From an uncultured Pseudomonadales bacterium (GTDB taxonomy: Bacteria > Patescibacteriota > Microgenomatia > UBA1400 > PJMF01): 64,000 nucleotides of DNA. A program made the translations under genes and the position numbers. This document shows positions 8,864 to 17,191 of the stretch, piece after piece. The notes beneath the pieces are model-generated. The model searched no databases and had not been told where the DNA came from. It worked only from the letters and a program-made list of their open reading frames with translations. The stretch is taken from assembly GCA_964620965.1 (NCBI GenBank), contig CAZUHV010000002.1, positions 117,452-181,451 on the forward strand. Direction: 5' to 3'. Each line of letters starts with the position of its first letter. Position 1 is the first letter of the stretch.

Positions 8864-9907
8864 ATGAAGCCAAAACTGCTGTTTTTATTATTATTCTTTG
8901 TAATACCAGCTAGTACAAATTATAAACTAGACGCACATGGTATTGGATCGGGTGGGGGAATCACAAATTCATCATCTTATTCATTACTAGGAACAACCGG
9001 AGAACAATCTAGTAAAACAGAGGGATCTTCATACTCTGTTTGGTCTGGGATTCAATTTGCCGAAATGGCAAATACTCCACCTGCACCAACATTTGTTAAT
9101 GAAGATTCATACTATAATAAGCTAAGAATTACACTTGATACTGGAAATAATCCAACAGATACCCTCTACGCAATAGCAATTTCTACAGACAGTTTTACCA
9201 CAACAGAATATGTACAGTCGGACAACACTGTTGGCTCCACACTTGGAAGTGAAGATTGGCAAACATATGCAGATTGGGGAGGAAGTAGTGGTGAATTCGT
9301 TGTAGGGCTTGATGCTGATACAACCTACCAAGTAAAAGTAAAAGCAATTCAAGGAGATTACACAGAAAGCCCATATGGACCAAGTGCTTCTGCAGCAACT
9401 TCCGCTTTAACACTTTCTTTTGATATTGATGTCAGTTCAATTGATGAGGAAACAGCCTCACCTTATGAAGTTTCTTTAGGTTCACTCAATCCCGACACTG
9501 TTATCACGGCAACAGATAAAATATGGCTCGATCTTTCAACAAATGCAAATAATGGAGCAGTCATTTATGTGGCTGGCAGTACCGGAGGTTTATACAGCAA
9601 CTCTACAGCACACACTATCTCTGGTGTCAGTGCAGATTTAACTGGAGTATCAGAAGGATTCGGCTTAAAATCTGCAAGTGTTGCTGAAAGCAGCGGAGGT
9701 CCCTTAACTGCTGTTTCTCCATATAATGGTAGTAGTGATACTGTTGGTACTATAGCAACAACACTTGCATCTTTGTATAATACCTCTACTGCACCAATTA
9801 GTGCTGCAAGAGGGTCAATAGATATCAAAGCAAAGGCACAGTCACTCACACCTTCTGCAACAGACTATGCTGAGACTTTGACGTTCATTGCCGCAGCTAA
9901 TTTTTAA
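8864..9907 (+). CDS. secreted Ser/Thr/Gly-rich cell-surface protein, paralogue B
   Basis: Signal peptide MKPKLLFLLLFFVIPAS. The C-terminal region EGFGLKSA...YNGSSDT...ATDYAETLTFIAAANF aligns with the C-terminus of 5178..6218. Confidence 0.7.
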   Translation: MKPKLLFLLLFFVIPASTNYKLDAHGIGSGGGITNSSSYSLLGTTGEQSSKTEGSSYSVWSGIQFAEMANTPPAPTFVNEDSYYNKLRITLDTGNNPTDTLYAIAISTDSFTTTEYVQSDNTVGSTLGSEDWQTYADWGGSSGEFVVGLDADTTYQVKVKAIQGDYTESPYGPSASAATSALTLSFDIDVSSIDEETASPYEVSLGSLNPDTVITATDKIWLDLSTNANNGAVIYVAGSTGGLYSNSTAHTISGVSADLTGVSEGFGLKSASVAESSGGPLTAVSPYNGSSDTVGTIATTLASLYNTSTAPISAARGSIDIKAKAQSLTPSATDYAETLTFIAAANF

Positions 9908-9982
9908 TCAAAAAATTCCACCGTTTCGGACTTTGTTCTACTAGTTAATAGCGTAGAGAAATTGCTATATTGACAAGGTAAT

Positions 9983-11833
9983 ATGTTTAATAAAAACCAC
10001 TGGTTAGCTGGTCTTGTTTTTGGTAGTGTACTCATGCTCTTTTCAGTGGTATTTTTTAATCCAATTTTTGCTGCAACAGGAATTAATGAAAACATACATT
10101 TTCAAGGCAAAGTAGTAAATACAGACGGCACAAATGTAGCAAATGGAGACTACGATTTTGTCTTCAAACTCTATACTGTAGATTCTGCGGGAACTGCCAT
10201 TTGGACAGAAAATAGAACTTCTGCAAACCAAGTCACAGTCACCGATGGGGTCTTTAGCGTAGACTTGGGATCTGTGACTGCACTACCTGGTTCCGTTGAT
10301 TTTAATACCGATAATATTTACTTGGGTGTTGAATTTAACGGGGATGGAGAGATGAGTCCAAGAATCCAATTTACTGCTGTTCCATATGCTCATAATGCCG
10401 CAAAAGTTGGGGGACTTACTGTTACAGATACAACAAGCACTCTTACAATTCCAAGTGGTATAACTGTTGCTTTTTCTGGCTCAAATGATACAACTTTTAC
10501 AACATCAGGATCTACTAACGTAACACTCCCAACAACCGGTACACTTGCAACTCTTGCAGGGAGTGAAACTTTGACAAACAAAATTATTGGAAACACAGGT
10601 CTTACTTTTTCTGGAGCAACTACAGACATTACAACAGGAACCAACGAACACCTTTCAATTATGCCAAATGGAACTGGAAATGTTGGTATTGGAACTACCA
10701 ATCCATCAGAAAAACTGTATGTTTACAACTCTGTTAATAATCAAACTGGTTTTGTAGTTAGCAATGATAACTCCGGCAGTGCAGCTCAAGCCTTCTTTGC
10801 TATTGGTAGCAATCCTACAGCGAATCCATGGAATGGAGTATTTTTTCAGCACTATGGAGCAAACTTTACACCAAATGGCTTAAGAATGCCTAGTTCAACA
10901 ACAATAATTGGTGGTGGAAGCAATGGCTTAAGTATTGGAACAGATAATAGTTCTTCACTAAACTTTTTTACTAGTGGTGTTGCAAGTGGGGCAGATATGA
11001 CGTTAAATAGTAGCGGAAACTTAGGTATTGGAACAACAAACCCTACAGAACTACTACACGTTAATGGAAATATTAGAGCTAATGGATCAGTGGCTGGAGT
11101 AACAACTCTAGCAAGCTCTGGAGACTGGACTTGGACTGCGACAACACCAAACATTACAATTAACTCTGCTGAAGTTTTTACTATCACTGATGGCACTGAT
11201 ACTTTTACAGTTAATACCTCCGGCTCATTATTCTCATTCTTAGACGGATCTTCAAATGGGTTTACATTTGACGCTGATACAGGCCCTCTATTCGCTGGTA
11301 CAGCAAGACCTGCAAGAAAAGAAAAACTCGTACCAGAATATCCAGGTGCAGTACTTACCGGAGACGGAAGTAATAATACTGGAACTATGACTTCAGACTT
11401 CTGTGAACAAGGTGCACATGCCGATATCCCTGATATAAACACCACAACTTGTAATACGTCTGGAGATATCCACAACTACTACAGCTGGACTACCAATCAA
11501 GGATCTGCTCAAGATTATGACATTTGGGTGCGCTGGAGAATTCCAGATAACTTCGCCGTATGGGATTCAAACCCAATCCAAGTATATGCAAAACGTACAG
11601 ATACAACTAATAATGCAGTTACTGCGTTCGTATACGACACGGCTGGTGCCTTAAACAATGCCGGAGGCACCCAAATCGCTGGAACAACTTGGACGCAAAC
11701 AGCTATCTCTCTTTCTGGAGGCACTTGGACTGCTGGCTCTTATGTAACTATCAGAATAACCGTAGCCGCTGATACTGGAGGGGATAGTGTGCAAGTTGGA
11801 GAAATAAACCTTAACTACCTTACGAATAATTAG
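9983..11833 (+). CDS. secreted fibre-like surface protein with repeated GN[VL]GIGTTNP motifs
   Basis: Signal peptide ...PIFA|ATG. The repeats GNVGIGTTNPSEKLYV and GNLGIGTTNPTELLHVNGNI are of the type seen in tail-fibre-like proteins. The sequence is Thr/Ser/Gly-rich and 616 aa long. Confidence 0.7.
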   Translation: MFNKNHWLAGLVFGSVLMLFSVVFFNPIFAATGINENIHFQGKVVNTDGTNVANGDYDFVFKLYTVDSAGTAIWTENRTSANQVTVTDGVFSVDLGSVTALPGSVDFNTDNIYLGVEFNGDGEMSPRIQFTAVPYAHNAAKVGGLTVTDTTSTLTIPSGITVAFSGSNDTTFTTSGSTNVTLPTTGTLATLAGSETLTNKIIGNTGLTFSGATTDITTGTNEHLSIMPNGTGNVGIGTTNPSEKLYVYNSVNNQTGFVVSNDNSGSAAQAFFAIGSNPTANPWNGVFFQHYGANFTPNGLRMPSSTTIIGGGSNGLSIGTDNSSSLNFFTSGVASGADMTLNSSGNLGIGTTNPTELLHVNGNIRANGSVAGVTTLASSGDWTWTATTPNITINSAEVFTITDGTDTFTVNTSGSLFSFLDGSSNGFTFDADTGPLFAGTARPARKEKLVPEYPGAVLTGDGSNNTGTMTSDFCEQGAHADIPDINTTTCNTSGDIHNYYSWTTNQGSAQDYDIWVRWRIPDNFAVWDSNPIQVYAKRTDTTNNAVTAFVYDTAGALNNAGGTQIAGTTWTQTAISLSGGTWTAGSYVTIRITVAADTGGDSVQVGEINLNYLTNN

Positions 11834-11835
11834 AT

Positions 11836-14800
11836 ATGCATATGCTCTTCCAACAACTCGCAAAAATTAAACTTAAGAAAAAAATACTTGTTAAGTCAAC
11901 AAGATTTGTTTTAGCACTCTGGTTTATTATTTCTAACTTTTTGTTTGGCTTTCCAATTGACTACATTTTAAAAACACCAGTTGTGATTCAACAAGCGAAA
12001 GCAAATTCAAACACCTATGACTTTACTGACTGTGGCAGCACCTGTGATACTGACACCGGGTGGTGGGCATCTGACGATGATGTCGATCAGTTTCCGTTTG
12101 GTGGAGTTACAGCAAATCGAAACACACATGCAGAAGCAGACGATACAAACTATTCTAATATGGCAAACTCAGATGATACTTATGCAGTAGCAACTAATCC
12201 AAGCACTGGAGATGAAGTATTCAGCTGGTTTGAAATGACCATTACTGAAACGCCAAGCACTATTAAACAACTTGACTTTACTTTTGAAGGGTATCCTAAC
12301 ACTACTGCCTCACCATTTCAAATTTATGTCAAAACCGCCGCTGGTGCCTATGAATCTGATGCTTCATGGACTGCGCTTTCTGGACCAACAACAATTGCAG
12401 CTGGTACTGACACAACGATAACTCGTACACTCAAAGATAATATTACTGATTACATCGATGGAAATGGCAAAATAGTTTGGGGTGTCTACCAATCTGTATC
12501 AGCGCTTACCGTTAATATCGACTACGCAAAAATTGACGTTACATACCATCCAGTTGATTTAGAAGGATACAGATGGAGAAATGATGACGGCAACGAAACT
12601 GGCGCTACTTGGCTGGCAGATCAAGACAGCAATATTACTCAGCCAACAGCAACCAATACTAGACTGCGCACACTCATTAACTCAACGGGTACCGCTGATC
12701 CAGATACAAGCCAATATAAACTTGAATATAAACGTTCTACTGACAGTACTTATGTCCCAGTCGAGGTCACAACTCCCACAGATGTCACACCGACAATAGA
12801 ATCATGGTCTTCTGGTGCTTCAACTACAACTAATGCGTCTACTCATGCCATCACAATGCCTTCTGGAATTACTGCTGGTGATTTGCTTATCATAGTTTTT
12901 TCAACAGATGGTGTCGCAGATATTACCATCACAGCTGGTGATTGGATTGAACTAAGTCAAGCTCAAGGAAGTGGCGTTTCTAGTGGTATTTTTTATAAAT
13001 TTGCAACGGGCTCTGACACTGCAACGGTTGCAACTGGTTCAGAACAGACTTCCCATATTGTCTATAGAATTAGTGGTGCTAGTATGCCATATATTGCCCA
13101 AACAACTGGAAATAGTACTAACTCAGATCCACCAAATTTAGATACTGGCACTTCTCGAAACTATTTGTGGCTTGCTACTGCAACACATGATTCTACTGTT
13201 GTTGCATCAGCTGCGCCAACAAACTACTCAAATCTACATACCCAAGCTGCTGCAGGAACTGGTGGAGCATCTACGAGTACTGCAGAACGAGCTGCAACTG
13301 CCTCAAGCGAAAACCCAGGTACTTTTACTAGCAATACAGAGCAATGGGTTTCTTTTACAATTGCAATTCCTTCTTCAAGTATGGGAATACATTGTGCAAC
13401 CGCTCCAACAACCCAAGGTACAACAAGTGTTGTTATAAACTATCCAACGGATATAGCTGTCGGTGATCTCATGGTTCTGGGCATTGCAAATAAACATACT
13501 CCAAATGGTCCAACAACTCCCACTGGCTGGACTGCTGCCTCAAACTACCAAGCCTCAGGGAGTGGAGGTATTGATGGTCTAGACAGTGGAAGTGTGTACT
13601 CGTCAGTTTATTACAGAATTGTTGATGGTACAGAAAAAGGTACTTTTACTGTGAGTGTTCCCTCTGGAAATGCATCTATTGGCAGAATTTTGACGTATCG
13701 AAAGGAAGTCGGCAAAGAATGGGATGTTGCCATGTCAAATGGATCAGACAATACTCCAGATACCTCTTGGTCAATCACTGCTGGTTCTGACCCTGGAATA
13801 ACTGCTGGAGACATGGTCTTAGCGGTCAGTGCAATGAATACTGATCCCTATGGATATAACACACAAACCTTAGCAGCAACTGGCGTAACTTTTGACAGTG
13901 CAGAAAAAGAAGTCGGTGAGACAAATAGTACTGCTGGTAATGACCTTGAAATTGTTTTTTCAAACCATTTTGCGATTTCTGGCACCAGTAGTGCTGCTCC
14001 AACATACACTATGACAGCTAGTGGTTCTACTGCCAGTGGTCCTGCTGGAGCAACTGTTTTTGTGAGAATCCGCCAAAGAACTGCTCCAATCACTTTGTCT
14101 GCAAGTACTCATATTACTGCAAGTGGTGATAATACTACTGCTTTATTAACTCCTCCAGCAGGAAAAACTACTGGTGACTTTCTTACTGGTCGTATGCAAG
14201 ATGATGAAAATCCCGCAGATACTATTAACCTCTCTTCTAGCCAATACACAGAACTAGAATGGAATATTATTGCAACAAGTACGGCTGTGAATGATGAAAT
14301 TTACCAATTTAGAGTAACTGTAGGAGGTGTGCCAATTACTACTTACTCTGTAACACCACAGTGGACAATCGGTACTGCTGGAACGGCAGACCTTAATCAA
14401 ATTCATTACCGCTGGAGAAATGATGATGGCACAGAAGGATCATCTGGCTGGTACGATTCAAACTGGGTGTATAGAAAAAAGCTCACAATTGATAATACAG
14501 ATGTGGCAGGTAGTTCTAACCTCACCAACTTTCCTGTCTTGATTAACTATACACACGCTGATTTAAAAGATACAACCAACTCTGGTCACGTAGCACAATC
14601 AGATGCTGGTGATATTCTGTTTACTAACTCTGCGGGTACTAAACTTGACCATGAAATTACCAAATATGTGCCATCAACAGGTCAAGTAATTGCTTGGGTA
14701 GAAGTTGATGTTTTAGACTATGACGATGACACAGAAATTTATATGTACTATGGTTACGGTGCGGCTAGTGACCAATGGAATATAAGCGGAACTTGGAGCA

Positions 14801-16584
14801 ATGGCTATGTTATGGTGCAACATTTTAACGAAACTTCAGGAACTCACTTTGACTCTACTTCCAATAATAATGATTCAACCTCTGTGACTGTCACAACACA
14901 AGGTACTGCCACAGCCCAAATTGATGGAGCTGATGATTTTAATGGTTCTAATAACTATGTTGCCGTTGGTGATTCCAATTCACTAGATGTTACAAATTTT
15001 ACTATTTCTGGATGGTTTTCTATTGATACATTTCCTGGAACAGATCAATACAATAATATTCTTGATAAACAAGCCTATTTCCTTGAAGTAACAGATAACG
15101 ACGAATTTGACTGTGGAGTATACGATGGAAGTTTTTCTGAACATAACTCTGGTACCGCAAATCTCTCAACCGGAACTTACTACTATCTTGCCTGTGCATA
15201 TGATGATACGGGGGATACTGTTAGATTATATAAAAATAGTACTGAAGTATTAAATGAAGCTGCAACCAAAACACCAGCAACAAATAATATCGATATTGGT
15301 ATATACGCTCTTAGCGGAAATTTAGGCCAACAGCTCGACGGTCAAGCTGATGAGCTGGTTCTATCTAATGTCGCCCGTTCTGCGGATTGGCTCAACACCG
15401 AATACAACAACCAAAGTAATCCTGGAGTTGGAGGCTTTCTCACCAGTATAGGCACTGAAGAAACCGAAGGAACGGGCGCAACCTGGTTAGCGAATGAAGA
15501 CACGGCAGTTACAGATATTGCTAAAGAAACAAACGTAAGAATAAGATTTATGGTTTCTAATGAAGGTGGTGCTACATCAGATGCTACAGCATACCAATTA
15601 GAAGTTGCAGAAACTGGTACTTGTAGTGGTGGAACATATGCTGCTGTCCCAACTGACACGAGTGGAGACTGGCAAGTTTCGGCCTCAGCACATTTTACAG
15701 ACGGAGATCCCACAACAAATATTGCAAGTGGTCTAGCAGATGAAAACACAACTTTTGTTGCTGGACAAATTAAAGACACTGGCAACACTACAGGAAATAT
15801 CACATTAGCAGATACAGAATTTACAGAAATAGAGTTTTCCATTCAAGCTACAACCAATGCTACTGACGGTGGCTCGTACTGCTTTAGATTAAATGGTGCA
15901 GATACGTTCACTGAATACGCACAAGCCACACTCGAGGGAGGGGCAAGCCCCGTTTTTTCACTGAGTGCCTATCGATTTTATGATCAAACAGCTTCAGAAA
16001 ATGTCACAAACCCTTGGGGAAATCCTACTATTGCTGAAAATACACTACTTGCTCTTCTGCCAGCAACTAACACTCCTCCAGGAAATAGAGAAGATATAAG
16101 ACTAAGAGTTGGCATATCAGTTAGTACTGGGGCACTCTCCGCAACGAGTCAACAATTTAAATTACAATACAAGTCAGGCACTGATGCAAACTGTACTACA
16201 GGGTCATGGACTGACGTTGGAACGTCTATTAGTAGTGAAACATGGAGATACTCTACAACAGGTATCACTGACGGTACAACGCTGACAGCTCTTAAATTAT
16301 CTGGAAGTGATGTATTAGGCGTGTATGTAAAATCAAATCCAAGCGCAACAAACCCAAATGCTGTAGCTGTTGGAGAAACAGTTGAATATGATTTCAACTT
16401 TAAAGGCTTTAGTGCTGCATCAGCAACCACATATAGCTTTAGAGTTGTCGAAAGTGATGGAACTCCTTTAACAACATACACCTACTGTCCGACTCTTACA
16501 ACAAAAGCCGCTACAGAACAAGAATTACGGCACGGAAACGTGTTTTCTAATGAGACAGAACAAGGATTTACCCGTGCAAATTAG
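11836..16584 (+). CDS. giant (1582 aa) surface protein with Ig-like repeats and DUF2341 and LamG/concanavalin-like modules
   Basis: N-terminal TM FVLALWFIISNFLFGF. Repeated domain-start motifs appear: EGYRWRNDDGNETGATW, IHYRWRNDDGTEGSSGW and GTGATWLANEDTAV. A DUF2341-like segment reads WVYRKKLTIDNTDVAGSSNLTNFPVLINY...GDILFTNSAGTKLDHEI...IYMYYGYG. A LamG-like segment follows: FNGSNNYVAVGDSNSLD...FTISGWFSID...YYLACAYDDTGDTVRLYKNS. Confidence 0.8.
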   Translation: MHMLFQQLAKIKLKKKILVKSTRFVLALWFIISNFLFGFPIDYILKTPVVIQQAKANSNTYDFTDCGSTCDTDTGWWASDDDVDQFPFGGVTANRNTHAEADDTNYSNMANSDDTYAVATNPSTGDEVFSWFEMTITETPSTIKQLDFTFEGYPNTTASPFQIYVKTAAGAYESDASWTALSGPTTIAAGTDTTITRTLKDNITDYIDGNGKIVWGVYQSVSALTVNIDYAKIDVTYHPVDLEGYRWRNDDGNETGATWLADQDSNITQPTATNTRLRTLINSTGTADPDTSQYKLEYKRSTDSTYVPVEVTTPTDVTPTIESWSSGASTTTNASTHAITMPSGITAGDLLIIVFSTDGVADITITAGDWIELSQAQGSGVSSGIFYKFATGSDTATVATGSEQTSHIVYRISGASMPYIAQTTGNSTNSDPPNLDTGTSRNYLWLATATHDSTVVASAAPTNYSNLHTQAAAGTGGASTSTAERAATASSENPGTFTSNTEQWVSFTIAIPSSSMGIHCATAPTTQGTTSVVINYPTDIAVGDLMVLGIANKHTPNGPTTPTGWTAASNYQASGSGGIDGLDSGSVYSSVYYRIVDGTEKGTFTVSVPSGNASIGRILTYRKEVGKEWDVAMSNGSDNTPDTSWSITAGSDPGITAGDMVLAVSAMNTDPYGYNTQTLAATGVTFDSAEKEVGETNSTAGNDLEIVFSNHFAISGTSSAAPTYTMTASGSTASGPAGATVFVRIRQRTAPITLSASTHITASGDNTTALLTPPAGKTTGDFLTGRMQDDENPADTINLSSSQYTELEWNIIATSTAVNDEIYQFRVTVGGVPITTYSVTPQWTIGTAGTADLNQIHYRWRNDDGTEGSSGWYDSNWVYRKKLTIDNTDVAGSSNLTNFPVLINYTHADLKDTTNSGHVAQSDAGDILFTNSAGTKLDHEITKYVPSTGQVIAWVEVDVLDYDDDTEIYMYYGYGAASDQWNISGTWSNGYVMVQHFNETSGTHFDSTSNNNDSTSVTVTTQGTATAQIDGADDFNGSNNYVAVGDSNSLDVTNFTISGWFSIDTFPGTDQYNNILDKQAYFLEVTDNDEFDCGVYDGSFSEHNSGTANLSTGTYYYLACAYDDTGDTVRLYKNSTEVLNEAATKTPATNNIDIGIYALSGNLGQQLDGQADELVLSNVARSADWLNTEYNNQSNPGVGGFLTSIGTEETEGTGATWLANEDTAVTDIAKETNVRIRFMVSNEGGATSDATAYQLEVAETGTCSGGTYAAVPTDTSGDWQVSASAHFTDGDPTTNIASGLADENTTFVAGQIKDTGNTTGNITLADTEFTEIEFSIQATTNATDGGSYCFRLNGADTFTEYAQATLEGGASPVFSLSAYRFYDQTASENVTNPWGNPTIAENTLLALLPATNTPPGNREDIRLRVGISVSTGALSATSQQFKLQYKSGTDANCTTGSWTDVGTSISSETWRYSTTGITDGTTLTALKLSGSDVLGVYVKSNPSATNPNAVAVGETVEYDFNFKGFSAASATTYSFRVVESDGTPLTTYTYCPTLTTKAATEQELRHGNVFSNETEQGFTRAN

Positions 16585-17191
16585 AATAATTACTTTTGCA
16601 ATATTTTTTCTTTTTTTAGTGTTTATAACATACAACTTGTTTTTTGTTCCAGATGATCATTCAAAATCAGAAGGGTCAACTCTCGCTCTTTCAAGTGATG
16701 GTTCAAAAACAGATATATTTATTCAAGATAGTGAGACTCTCATACCTATCTCTACAGCAAGTGCAAATCATAATGAAGCATTCTCCAGAGGAGACTTTAT
16801 AGTCTGGATAGAAGAATCTCAATATAAAAGTGAAAAAGTTGTCGTTCGGTATCATGTTCCTACACAAACTACTATCTACATAACTTCACTTGGAAGTTCA
16901 CAGAAACCTAAAGTTAGTACAGAAGGTTATGTTGTATGGCAAGAATGGATAGATGAAACCTGGCAGATTTTTTACTTTGATGGTTTGACCAGCAAACAAA
17001 TAACTCACAGTAGTTCGAGCTCTCTTAATCCAGATATTTCTGGAAATACAGTTGTGTATGCTAGAAAAAATGAATCTAACACATGGGAAACTATTGAATT
17101 TTCCCTTAAAAATAACACTGAAAAAGTGGTTAAATCTGGAATTGAAGCTAAAAATCCCTATTTTTATGGCACAAAATTATTTTTTCGCTGA
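16550..17191 (+). CDS. hypothetical signal-anchored protein (beta-propeller-like fragments)
   Basis: A 213-aa ORF with N-terminal TM IITFAIFFLFLVFITYNLFF. It overlaps the end of the giant gene by 35 nt and ends with TGA. Confidence 0.5.
   Translation: MRQNKDLPVQIRIITFAIFFLFLVFITYNLFFVPDDHSKSEGSTLALSSDGSKTDIFIQDSETLIPISTASANHNEAFSRGDFIVWIEESQYKSEKVVVRYHVPTQTTIYITSLGSSQKPKVSTEGYVVWQEWIDETWQIFYFDGLTSKQITHSSSSSLNPDISGNTVVYARKNESNTWETIEFSLKNNTEKVVKSGIEAKNPYFYGTKLFFR

Noticed and set aside
10852-11475. Long antisense ORFs inside the surface-protein genes. Examples are 10852..11475, 15342..15842, 47418..47993 and 13611..13814 on the minus strand.
   Set aside because: They lie wholly inside strongly supported plus-strand genes and translate to low-complexity Ser/Pro/Val-rich sequence. 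They are the frame shadows expected for Thr/Ser/Gly-rich genes.
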